Source of the DNA: a virus
DNA: 64,000 bases
Reading direction: 5' to 3' (one strand)
Virus record (IMG/VR): IMGVR_UViG_3300010244_000098
The number at the start of each line of letters is the position of its first letter. The first letter of the stretch is position 1. This document shows, in pieces, positions 1 through 10,100 of this stretch. The notes under the pieces were generated by a model that saw nothing but the letters and a program-made list of their open reading frames with translations, was not told the DNA's origin and ran no database searches. The translations under genes and the position numbers were made by a program.

Positions 1-79
1 ACCAATTATGGAACATGTTAAAGAATGCAGACTTTGATAATCTATAACGGCGGAACTAAACAGGAAAAAGAAAGGATAA

Positions 80-286
80 TTGAACATGAAACTCGCTAGC
101 GCCCTTTTATTACACGTCTACACACGACTTTATGGACCACGGGTTACTTACAATCAAGTTGATGACTTTTACGGCTATTTGGCCTATAACGTAGAGCTTT
201 ACAGTGAATTGCCTAATGCCGGTATTGAAGGCACGGGTGATTTGTATGAATTGCTGTGTGAAGAAAAAGAATTGAAAACAAAGTAA
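80..286 (+). CDS. Hypothetical protein (68 aa)
   Basis: ORF with an AAAGGA RBS just upstream; no recognisable motif. Confidence 0.55.
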   Translation: MNMKLASALLLHVYTRLYGPRVTYNQVDDFYGYLAYNVELYSELPNAGIEGTGDLYELLCEEKELKTK

Positions 287-295
287 AGAAAAGGA

Positions 296-568
296 GTGGT
301 GAATATAAATAACGAAATATTAGAAATTTTAAAATATATGAACGAAACTATTGACAGTTATAGAAAAGATTATTTAAATCCATCTGATTTTGACCTCATG
401 GAAAATGAAATATACGATCGGATAGACGCAACTAAACCATTTTTAGAAGTCGAAAAAAGAGAAATACTCATTGAAACATGGCATGATTACCTTGACGGAA
501 TTCGAGATTTCGATACTAAAAAAGAGTATGAAAAACAAATAGACAGACTCTTAAAAGAAAGAGTTTAG
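296..568 (+). CDS. Hypothetical acidic protein (~90 aa), AT-rich
   Basis: ORF directly after the previous gene, with AAGGAG nearby and a terminator hairpin downstream. Confidence 0.6.
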   Translation: MVNINNEILEILKYMNETIDSYRKDYLNPSDFDLMENEIYDRIDATKPFLEVEKREILIETWHDYLDGIRDFDTKKEYEKQIDRLLKERV

Positions 569-630
569 TCACGAAACCCACACCACTATGAATAAGTCTA
601 TGACCGCCGTTCAAAATAAGTAAACACACA

Positions 631-661
631 AGAAGGCCTTCTTTTATAGAAGGACTTTTTT
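631..661. terminator. Bidirectional intrinsic terminator
   Basis: AAGGCCTTCT-tttat-AGAAGGACTT hairpin with a T-run, between convergent genes ending at 568 and 685. Confidence 0.6.
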
Positions 662-684
662 TATGACAATAAAATATTCGGTTA

Positions 685-1440
685 TTAATGGAAAACGTTT
701 GTTACACCATCACCACTGGCATGGAAACTGTCAGCACCTGTTGTTACGCCGTTGGCCAACACGTCAGATACGGCTTGACGAGTTTGGTTAGAAACGGATG
801 TACTGTCCGCCATTCCCGTCCACGTCACTTGGAATTGACCCGGAGCATTTACAACAGACATGTAGTCATTTCCGCCCCATACGCCAGAATTTACACGGTT
901 GACGATAACAGAGAACACATTGGCTTTCTCTTGATAGCTCGGTCCTGCTTCTGATTCAACAACCTGCATAACGTATTCAGGAACACCTTGTGTAGACGAT
1001 GTTGAAGCCGGCGTTTGTTCTTTTGCGTGAACCCCTTTGACCTGATCCTGTGTTTCTTCTTTTTCTTCTTCTTGAACAACCGACTTTTGAGGCTCAGGTT
1101 GTTCTTCTTGAGCAGACACTTGTTTTGCTGGTTCTGCAGGTTTTACAGATCCCAATTCATTGGTTTCTTCGTTGATATCCAACGTCAATGTTTGGCCTAC
1201 AAGAATCAAGTTTGGATTTTCAATACCGTTTGCGTCCGCAATATTGTGATAATCCCAACCGTTCCCCAAATGCTTCTCTGCAATCTTAAACAATGTATCG
1301 CCTTGTTCGACAGTATAATCCACTTCTGCCGCTTCAACGGTGTTTCCTTGAGCTCCATTGGCAAATGTTGCAAATCCTAGCGCAGCAAGGGTTGCACCGG
1401 CAATAGCAAAACGGCGTTTGATTGATGTTGATAATGTCAT
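685..1440 (-). CDS. Secreted LysM-domain cell wall hydrolase (SleB/Hydrolase_2-like C-terminus)
   Basis: N-terminal signal peptide; LysM motif YTVEQGDTLFKIAEKH...IADANGIENPNLILVGQTL; low-complexity linker; C-terminal VVESEAG...VIVNRV...VVNAPGQF typical of SleB-like lytic transglycosylases. Confidence 0.85.
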   Translation of the reverse strand: MTLSTSIKRRFAIAGATLAALGFATFANGAQGNTVEAAEVDYTVEQGDTLFKIAEKHLGNGWDYHNIADANGIENPNLILVGQTLTLDINEETNELGSVKPAEPAKQVSAQEEQPEPQKSVVQEEEKEETQDQVKGVHAKEQTPASTSSTQGVPEYVMQVVESEAGPSYQEKANVFSVIVNRVNSGVWGGNDYMSVVNAPGQFQVTWTGMADSTSVSNQTRQAVSDVLANGVTTGADSFHASGDGVTNVFH

Positions 1441-1616
1441 ATGTAAAAAAGTCCTTTCTTTTCTTCATTTATGATATATATTTACGTCTTTTTAATTGTA
1501 TATAAAGTCTCGCTTTCAACTACACGATTATTCTAGCAAAGCGCCCACGGGAATACAGTTACACGGGCATTACATATTTGTATCTGAATGTAACAGGAAA
1601 GTAACAAAGGAAAAGC

Positions 1617-1738
1617 GAAAAAAAACCTTCCCCGAAACCAGTTTGGGGAAGGTGAAAACAAGCATGTGGTTCGTAGGTCATTCAGACATAACCTACGGAA
1701 CGTTAACCGTTGAAACACATCTTGTTGTTGACCGAAAT
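1617..1738 (-). ncRNA. Candidate structured small RNA ending in an intrinsic terminator
   Basis: Nested inverted repeats (1657-1668/1716-1726 and 1670-1678/1691-1700), a terminator stem ACCTTCCCC/GGGGAAGGT (1625-1653) with a U-tract on the minus strand, and a possible TGgTATAGA -10 at 1745-1753. No credible ORF. Confidence 0.4.
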
Positions 1739-1870
1739 CACTTCTCTATACCAATACCCCTCAACCCGACGAATCCGGTTCGTCGGGTTTTAAATGAAAG
1801 AGTGCTTTTTGTAAAGGGAAAAAGCACAGACCTTGCACACCACTGCTCATTAAAGAAAGGATTTTTACAC

Positions 1871-3265
1871 ATGGAAAGACATTTAACATTTGAAGAATTA
1901 GACTTAGTTATCCGAGGAGACATTGCGATTAATGACCCTATTGCTTTGTTCTCACGACCAGGAATTGGAAAAACTGAACACTTGAAAGCACTGAGTGAAC
2001 AGTTAGGGGGAAAAGTATTTACGCTTGCTGTCAACCAAATAGGCGACAAAGAAGATTTGACAGGGGTTCGCCCTGTACAAAAGACAAACAGTCAAGGAGA
2101 GACCTATAGTCAACAAGAGGCCTTCCCTCACGCAACATTAATGGAGGCTATACAATACGCCAAAGACAATCCTGATGATCCGGCTATCATATTCTTAGAT
2201 GAATTCAACCGTACAGACCAAGACGTAATATCCGCTGCATTATCCTTTACAACAGAACGAAAAATAGGAACTGTCGAGTTTCCGGATAACGTTCGCTTTG
2301 TTCTAGCTGGAAATAAAAACGGCAACGTGGTTCCTTTCGACGATGCCACGGCAACACGTTTCTCCATCTACAACATCAATCCAGATTTAGTTACGTACTT
2401 GAAACATAATGCAGACATCAATGCCTTCGTCAAAGACTTATTGTTGAGTGACCCGGGACACCTTGTCGGCGAACCAGGCCAAAAAGCTTCTCAAAATACA
2501 AAGAACAACCCTTATCTTCAAGATCAGGACACGGCTATGGACGAAGGAGACGACGCATTCGACCCGTTTGGCGACGAGTCTACTATCACAGAAGAACGAA
2601 CAGTTCCTCGTACATTGACAAAAATAAGCAACTGGTTGAATCATATCGGTGTTGACCAGAGCGGTTCCGAGAAAGAAAAAGATGCCCTGGCGTCTTTCCT
2701 TCAACCTATTGAAGCCGAGCAGCATAATGATGAACCAACAACGCTTCTTCAAACAACCATCGAATCGAAATTGGGCCAGACACCAACGGCTACAGCCTTA
2801 ATCACTGAGTTGATCCAATATCATGAAGACTTGCTTCAACAATCTATGGCAACGGTTCAATCACCCGGAGGATCTATGTCTCAAGAACTCAGTGATATCT
2901 TAGACGTTATTCGACTGGACGACGCACACAAAGACGCTCTAGACGATATTCATTCACGAAGCGACATGGTGGATTACTTTGAGAGCACGGTAGATAACGA
3001 AGAAGCCAATACGATCTTGCTATGGTCTCTGACCAACGAAGCGTATCAAACATTAGACGGAGATATTTCTCCTGTGAACTTAATCGAAAACATTGTTCCT
3101 CAAATGAACGGTATGTCTAAACGTGGTATGCGCTTATTCAATCAATTAATGGGTTATCCAGATATCATTGTTAAACGCTCTATCGAAGTATTGAAAGATG
3201 TTACACCGGACAGCAACAGAGAGTTATCCGCATTAGTTGGATTTGCGCAATCTATGATGAATTAA
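1871..3265 (+). CDS. MoxR-like AAA+ ATPase (AAA_5 type)
   Basis: Walker A SRPGIGKT, Walker B IIFLDEFNR, VLAGN sensor, ATRF arginine finger. Start moved to ATG 1871 because of the AAGAAAGGA RBS; the track start at 1496 is probably spurious. Confidence 0.85.
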   Translation: MERHLTFEELDLVIRGDIAINDPIALFSRPGIGKTEHLKALSEQLGGKVFTLAVNQIGDKEDLTGVRPVQKTNSQGETYSQQEAFPHATLMEAIQYAKDNPDDPAIIFLDEFNRTDQDVISAALSFTTERKIGTVEFPDNVRFVLAGNKNGNVVPFDDATATRFSIYNINPDLVTYLKHNADINAFVKDLLLSDPGHLVGEPGQKASQNTKNNPYLQDQDTAMDEGDDAFDPFGDESTITEERTVPRTLTKISNWLNHIGVDQSGSEKEKDALASFLQPIEAEQHNDEPTTLLQTTIESKLGQTPTATALITELIQYHEDLLQQSMATVQSPGGSMSQELSDILDVIRLDDAHKDALDDIHSRSDMVDYFESTVDNEEANTILLWSLTNEAYQTLDGDISPVNLIENIVPQMNGMSKRGMRLFNQLMGYPDIIVKRSIEVLKDVTPDSNRELSALVGFAQSMMN

Positions 3266-3287
3266 TCAAACGTATTATGAAAGGAGA

Positions 3288-5051
3288 ATGCCCGTGGGGT
3301 TCCAATTACTCAATCAGCAAGCACAGACGTTTTATTCAACGGACCCTAACCTTCCGTTGATTGATCCTTCTGTAGATAATCAAGGATACGACAACCAGCT
3401 TAAAGCCCACGCTTTTGAAACCCTTGTCCGCCCTCTTTATACCCAGAAACGACAAGGAACTGATGTGGTCATTCAGGACGATAATACAAATTCGCCTGTA
3501 GACGCCCAGACATTTACAGAAGCGTTCGTTCATTATTTAAAAACAGACGTTATCGATCAAGAATTAACCCAGGAGTTTCGGTCTATTTACGACGAAGGAA
3601 GTCAGCATGATTTATCCAACACATTATCATTCGACCAATTTTTACTGTCGGAATCGTTATCCGACGAAGGACTTCCCTACCCGGAATCGGGACGGGTTAT
3701 TTATACCCCGGGCGAAGTCAAAGAGTCCGCGAAAGACCTGTATGACGTTATGGATCAAATCAATCAGCAGTCCCTTCCTTCAAAACATCAAGCATGGTTT
3801 AGCCGATTAGGTGCTTATATTTCGCAATACAAGCTGTCTAATTTTCGTCTGGTTACCATGAAAGACGATAAGGCCTTTGATGATTTAAAACGACGCATGA
3901 CGGCTTATATGAAGCACAGCAACCAACTGCCGGCGAACACAGTGAGTCATTTGACCCAATTCAATCAATTATCACTGGAAGACGAGTTGAGTATTGGCAT
4001 GTTTCTCCCTGATGAACTCAATCATGACCCGAACGGGTTTAATCGGTTATTGGAATATGAACTGGCGCAAATGGAGAGGCAAAAGAACCCGTTGGTTTTC
4101 AACGAAATGTACAGTCTAAAAGGTCTTTTCCAGCCGACAAAAATACTGTTATTGAACCTGAGTGAATACACGAACGCTACAGATCTACACGGAGAATGGA
4201 AGTCTATTGTCCAGGCGTTTAACAAAGCACATCGACTGCGACACATCAAAAACAATAAGCTCCAGACTGTACGATCCGTCAGTCGTGAAAACACAGTAAC
4301 ACCTACGTACGACGGTGGTAATCGCATGTTGGACCAAAGCGCCCTGCGTTCTGACAATGTCTCTTATCTGACAAAGAAACCGATAAGCACCAAAGAGCTC
4401 ATCCGACGCGTTCGAACTATTATGAAAAAACAAGTTTTGAATCAACCGACGAGCAATGTCACTAAGCAAAAACGAAAAACGTTCATGCGTGCCAATCGAC
4501 GAAAACCTTTCGATTTAACGGCACGGGGAAAAGGCAAACGTAAACAGTATTATCCTGATTTGCATATTTGGCTGGATACGTCCGGGTCTATTTCTCAGGA
4601 CGATTATCAAAACCAGCTTTATGTCATGATCGGCATTGCGAAGAAACTGAATGTGGATATTTACATGAATAGTTTCTCCCACATTGTTTCAGAGACAACC
4701 CATATTCGAACAAAACACCAATCCGCAAAGAATATATTCAAAGCAATCGAAAACATCGATAAAGTCGCCGGCGGTACCGACTTCATTAACGTATGGAAAG
4801 CGATTGACCAAACCGAAAAAGCCAACGTTAAACGAAACGAAGCCCGTCGCACTCACTTGATCCTCAGCGATATGGATTACCATATCCCCCATTCATATAC
4901 ACTGCAGATGAACCGACCGAGTGTGAAGAATACTTATTATATCCCTATTCGTATTCAGACAACGCGCAGTCGAAGTTACATTGATCATTTTGCAGAATCT
5001 CTGCGTGAACGCGGAGGGCCCGCGACTCCTTTAAAACATATTCTTTACTGA
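3288..5051 (+). CDS. VWA-domain protein (DUF2201/VWA-like), probable partner of the MoxR ATPase
   Basis: MIDAS motif LHIWLDTSGSIS, GGTDF and ILSDMD, preceded by a basic RANRRKP segment; directly downstream of the MoxR gene. Confidence 0.8.
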   Translation: MPVGFQLLNQQAQTFYSTDPNLPLIDPSVDNQGYDNQLKAHAFETLVRPLYTQKRQGTDVVIQDDNTNSPVDAQTFTEAFVHYLKTDVIDQELTQEFRSIYDEGSQHDLSNTLSFDQFLLSESLSDEGLPYPESGRVIYTPGEVKESAKDLYDVMDQINQQSLPSKHQAWFSRLGAYISQYKLSNFRLVTMKDDKAFDDLKRRMTAYMKHSNQLPANTVSHLTQFNQLSLEDELSIGMFLPDELNHDPNGFNRLLEYELAQMERQKNPLVFNEMYSLKGLFQPTKILLLNLSEYTNATDLHGEWKSIVQAFNKAHRLRHIKNNKLQTVRSVSRENTVTPTYDGGNRMLDQSALRSDNVSYLTKKPISTKELIRRVRTIMKKQVLNQPTSNVTKQKRKTFMRANRRKPFDLTARGKGKRKQYYPDLHIWLDTSGSISQDDYQNQLYVMIGIAKKLNVDIYMNSFSHIVSETTHIRTKHQSAKNIFKAIENIDKVAGGTDFINVWKAIDQTEKANVKRNEARRTHLILSDMDYHIPHSYTLQMNRPSVKNTYYIPIRIQTTRSRSYIDHFAESLRERGGPATPLKHILY

Positions 5052-5077
5052 CTGAACGGATTAGAAAGGACGTAATT

Positions 5078-7063
5078 ATGAAAATCGAAAATTTTAAAAA
5101 CGATGACCCAAACGATGATTCAACAAACAATCCCAATGGACCATCAAACAATCAAGGGAACGGCCCACCTCCTATAAATGGCGGGCACGGTGTTTCTGCA
5201 AACATCATACCTCCTCCTGATGACCCACAGGACGACGAACGTCCTGAGGCTCTCATTAACTACAATGAAAAAGCGGATACGTTCGACAAGGCTTTGTTCC
5301 GCGATGAAGAAATCGACCGTATGATCACGATCTTATCTTCGAAAAAGAAAGCGAATGCCCTTCTTGTCGGTGACGCCGGCGTTGGAAAAACTCAAATTGT
5401 TGAGGAATTTGCCCGACGATACGAAATCGACCAGGACCCTGTTCTCATTGAACGTTTCGGAGATGACCTTCAGATTGAAGAACTTCGTATCTCCAGTTTA
5501 ATATCCGGAAAATCCGTCGTTGGTCAATTGGAGCAGGAAGTTGAAAAGGTGCTTAATTATACGAAAGAAACAAACAGTATTGTTTTTATCGACGAACTGC
5601 ACCGATTATTCTCTCCGGGACCGGCGCAAAATATCAGTCAAGACCTGAAACAGGCGCTGGGTCGTGGCGACGTTCAATTTATCGGCGCAACCACAACCCA
5701 GGAAGTTGAGGCCATACGGGAGGAATCGGCCTTTAATCGTCGTTGGAGCGATGTCATCGTTGATGAGTTAACACCGGAGCAGACCGAAACGATTCTTCGT
5801 CACGCTAAAAGCGGTTATGAAAAATACCATAATGTTCGCTATCCGGACCATCTTTTATCAACGATTGTCCGTTACGGTGATCTATACAAACGCTCCGGTT
5901 CACACAGACCGGATTCCGGACTGACACTCATGGACCGTGTTGGTGCTTCTGTAGGACTGGAAGGCATACAGCGCCGTCAATCCGACGACCCTGTTGTTCA
6001 ACAGTTCGTTCAAACGAACCCGGTACCCCGCGTATCTGAACAAGCCGTTAAAAAGATAGCGAAGTCGCTTGTTCAAAAGCCGGGTGCTGTGGAATCAACC
6101 GAATCGATAGAGGACATGTTGCAGAACACCATCATCGGACAAAAGGAAACAAAAACGAAAGTCACCGAAACAATCAAACGTATCAAATTAGGACTGTTAG
6201 ATCCTAAACGCCCTCACAGTTTCTTATTTGCCGGCCCCAGCGGTACAGGAAAAACAGAAACAGCCAAACAATTAGCGAACTATATGTACGGGGATAAGCG
6301 TGCAATGATTCGACTGGATATGAGTGAATTCTCTGAAAAAGCAAGCATTAACCGAATCAAGGGCTCTCCAGACGGCTACGTGGGGTCAACAAGCAAACAA
6401 CCTCTGCCTTTTGACAGTCTTGTCTCCAATCCACATCAGATTATTCTGCTTGATGAGATTGAAAAGGCTCATCCGGACGTTCGATTATTATTTATGCAGA
6501 TTTTAGACGAAGGGTTCTTCACGACAGAGCGACACGTTACTGTTGATTTTACGAAATCTATTATTATTGCAACAACAAACTCCGGCGTTGAAGAATTAAA
6601 CACAACGTCTATCGGTTTCAATCAGCCGGCACGAAAATCCAGTAAAGACATTCTTACAGCCTTAAAACAAGATTTTCCTGTGGAACTGTTGAACCGGTTC
6701 GAACATATCGTAGCCTTCCAAGGACTTAATATTGACGAATACAAACAGATTCTTGCTATCAAATACAATCAATTAATCACTGAAGCCAATAACAATCGTC
6801 CCGATTTAACCTTTAAACCTGCGTTCATTGATCCTTATGACGATGACGCCTTAGCTATGCTCAACCAGATTGCCGAAGACAGTTTCGATCCAAACTTAAA
6901 TGGTCGTCCCGCTGAGAGAACTATTCAGCGTCATATGGAAAACCACGTATTAGAACATATGAACGACACGAAACAAATCTTATTTGAGGATCCAAAACAA
7001 CAATACTCTGTCCAGCAATCTGCTCTACCTTCGCAACAAAACCAGTTAACCGACAATCAGTAA
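5078..7063 (+). CDS. Clp/Hsp100 ATPase no. 1: two AAA+ modules, no Clp-N or M domain, with an IGF loop
   Basis: GDAGVGKT, IVFIDELH, GATT; GPSGTGKT, RLDMSEF, GSPDGYVG, LLDEIEKAHPDV; SIGF after the second sensor-1. Confidence 0.88.
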   Translation: MKIENFKNDDPNDDSTNNPNGPSNNQGNGPPPINGGHGVSANIIPPPDDPQDDERPEALINYNEKADTFDKALFRDEEIDRMITILSSKKKANALLVGDAGVGKTQIVEEFARRYEIDQDPVLIERFGDDLQIEELRISSLISGKSVVGQLEQEVEKVLNYTKETNSIVFIDELHRLFSPGPAQNISQDLKQALGRGDVQFIGATTTQEVEAIREESAFNRRWSDVIVDELTPEQTETILRHAKSGYEKYHNVRYPDHLLSTIVRYGDLYKRSGSHRPDSGLTLMDRVGASVGLEGIQRRQSDDPVVQQFVQTNPVPRVSEQAVKKIAKSLVQKPGAVESTESIEDMLQNTIIGQKETKTKVTETIKRIKLGLLDPKRPHSFLFAGPSGTGKTETAKQLANYMYGDKRAMIRLDMSEFSEKASINRIKGSPDGYVGSTSKQPLPFDSLVSNPHQIILLDEIEKAHPDVRLLFMQILDEGFFTTERHVTVDFTKSIIIATTNSGVEELNTTSIGFNQPARKSSKDILTALKQDFPVELLNRFEHIVAFQGLNIDEYKQILAIKYNQLITEANNNRPDLTFKPAFIDPYDDDALAMLNQIAEDSFDPNLNGRPAERTIQRHMENHVLEHMNDTKQILFEDPKQQYSVQQSALPSQQNQLTDNQ

Positions 7064-7150
7064 ACTCTTTCTTCTCTTGATGTAATGCACGGCCTCTCCG
7101 GCCGTGTCCTTTCCTGGTGAAGAAAAGAGGCAGAAAGGAATGGATTATTT

Positions 7151-10100
7151 ATGCCAATTACAATCAACGCTCAAAACCCATTAAACGATATTGAAAAAGT
7201 AAGTAAAGAATTCACTTCAATCGCGTCTCATTCACCAAAATTCTTTTCGAATAAACTAACAGGGAACGGAAAATCAAGAGGACTTATAAGCAAAGAAGTC
7301 AACCGATTAGGCGATCAACTGCAGAGTCACGGACGCGCTTTGCAAGAGGATTCTTGGCTCACCGCACGTCGTTTGGACGACTTAATTGAAGACACCTTAT
7401 ACCTGAATACGTACAGTGCTTCGTTAAGCAATAACGACGAACCTTATGCGAACGGCTTCACCAAAAACAGCCTAAAAGAGACTATCAACGATTCCACAGA
7501 TGTCTATGAAATCAAAGACGTTATTGATTTAGAAACAATCAATCCGTTGTTATTAAACGACCTTCATTTAGATATGGTCTACCCATTAGATACGGTGCTG
7601 TGGGATTTAAATAACGTTGAAGAATGGACAGAGATTGCCCGGGAAAACAATAAAGTATTACGGGCAAAACTTCTATTCAGTCATATGTCTCTTTTGGAAA
7701 AAGAAACTTCTTTGGCAAAAGGCAGTAAGACAAAGAAAACTCGGTTTGTTCTTACGCCCTTTTTACTAACAAGCGTAGCCAATACAGATACAGTCCAAGA
7801 CCGTCTAACAATCAATGCCGATATAAACGTCGCCGATGCTCACCGGGTTCGAATTACACCGATCCGTATCAATGAACAAACAGATTCAAACGGTCGTCTC
7901 GTTCTTGAATATGACTACGGCGTTCCTCAAAACTCAATGTACTTGGATAATTTTGCAAAGAAAGCCATTGAAGATTTAACAACCGATTCTACGATTCGAT
8001 ATCGTTCCGAGTTGAAAGAGTATGTGCGAAACGTTTCCGTTTATGAAACCTTGTGTGAACAAGCCGAGCGATACCAAGAACACTCTATGGACCAATTTGT
8101 CCGTATCATTGAGGAGTTAAGCGTGCAGGCAACAGCCGGACGCTCTCGTGACAGCCAGCTTGCCAGCTACTACAGTCTGGTGAACAAACTGGAGGATATT
8201 GAAAAACAAGGCGGGAAAATCAAAACAGACGAACTTGACGCCGTCTATAGCGCTATCGTTCACGATCCTGTCTTGAATGAGAAAGATAAGGACAATGTAC
8301 TGAAACAATCCCTGCGATTATTGCTAGCACACCGCTTAAGTACACTGGCAGATGCTAAAGACAACGGAAAACTTTATAACTTCCAGCCTTTAGACGATCA
8401 AATCAAGGATAATGTGAAACAAAGTTCGATGTACTCAAAACAACAAAAAGATATCATTCTGACTGAAGAACCGTTAAGCATTGGTCAGGCAGGAGCCGGT
8501 TCAGGGAAATCTCATACCGTTACCGGACGTATACACTACCTTCAAGCTCAGCAGGAAGATCTGAACCAAGTTCTTGTGTTGAGTTTTACCAACGTTGCTG
8601 CACAAAATATCTCTAACCGCTTCCCCGGCATTAAAAGTAAAACTTTAGCAGACATGTTCCACTCTATATATAAAGATTCATTCCCTCTGCAACACCTTTC
8701 TACACCAGGAACGTTGATTAACAGTCTGCGTTTGTTGAACCCTCATTCGGCGTATTTTACGTCACTAAAAGGACACAATGGAGACGATGTTGAGACAGCG
8801 ATTCGCGAACTGGGTAAAATAATGAAAAACGTAGCCTCTCGTTTCGGGAAAAACAATGATGTTCAAAGCAATATGCGTCGATTGATGAACCTTATCGGCG
8901 AGAAACCAGACATCATCCTGTCTATTCTTGACGCTATAGAGCAGACAACACTGGAAATTGAACCCATCATCATTCACCACTTCTTAAATAATGACCCAAG
9001 TCAATTAGCTATTCCACAAGAGTTTCAAGACTTGAATATGATTATCACGGACGAAAGCCAGGACATATCTACCTTTGAATACATCATGTTGATCGATATG
9101 GCTTTATACTACGGTTGTCAATTATTGATTGTTGGTGACGGAAGTCAAACATTGTATGAATTCCGTAACTCAGATCCTCGTTATCTAAACGCCTTAGAGT
9201 CCTCCGGTGTGTTTGCCACATATAAATTAGAAACCAATTACCGTTCAAGCGGAGAAATTCTAACAATGGCCAACCAATTCCTACAGGTGATCGAGGCCAA
9301 CGATGTAGCGAATATCCAGTTACGTCCGAACAGTTTCAGAACACCGACTCTCGAATCCTTTAAAGATAGTGTCACTGTGTACAGTGCCCTTCCTTCTTCT
9401 CCAGAACGGAAAAATCGTCGCGATATACTGGAAGACCATTTACTAGGGAACGATGAGTTTATGGATTGGTTTTATGACAAAATCGATAATGATGAACAGG
9501 TCGCTTTCTTAGCTCATACAAGAAAAGACGTCGCTGTTGCTGAAGAAGCGTTGAACACTCTGCTTCAAAGACATGGACGCACGGATGAGGTCACAAATAT
9601 CGTATCCAAACGTGTTTACGAAAAACGCTATATTTCCGACGTACTGCTTTCTGTTCGTGCAGACTTTGTTCAAATTAATCCAAAAGCTTCCAATTTCTTC
9701 GATCAAGTGACTCAGTTATTTGACGAAAACAATTCTCAAGTTCGTTCATGCTTCTATGGGAAAATCACGGATAAACAATTAGCATGGAACGTTCAAGATA
9801 TCAGGGACACTTTTGCTATGGTGGCTACACAGCCCCATATTAAGGCTATGCGTAAAGAAGTCGCATTAGGACAGCGTCAAGGTCCTGATGTTATGCACGC
9901 TATATTGCAGGATATGCTTCGAGAAGAAACACGTCAAAACAATATGAAACACGTTTTGGAATCCAAAGAAGAAATCGACTTAACCGGCAAAGCAGTCGTT
10001 GTATCAACAATCCACGCTGCAAAAGGGTTAGAGTTTGACCACACAATTGTTGTACACCACCAAAGAGAACACGTATCCAACGTGGATACCGATAAAGCTC

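Noticed and set aside
891-1079. Poly-Lys ORF (MFKKKKKKKH...) and similar Lys-rich ORFs such as 45997-46407
   Set aside because: Alternative-frame readings of Glu-rich low-complexity linkers in real genes.
1617-1738. 6S RNA or SRP RNA identity for the candidate sRNA
   Set aside because: It is too short with a very asymmetric bubble for 6S, and the SRP domain IV motif is absent.
1441-1740. c-di-AMP (ydaO) riboswitch upstream of the LysM hydrolase
   Set aside because: The context is suggestive, but the conserved ydaO segments are not present in order, and the LysM gene seems to have its own promoter downstream of the terminator.
1496-1870. 125-aa N-terminal extension of the MoxR ORF
   Set aside because: No RBS at 1496; the region is full of hairpins and promoters; a good RBS precedes ATG 1871.
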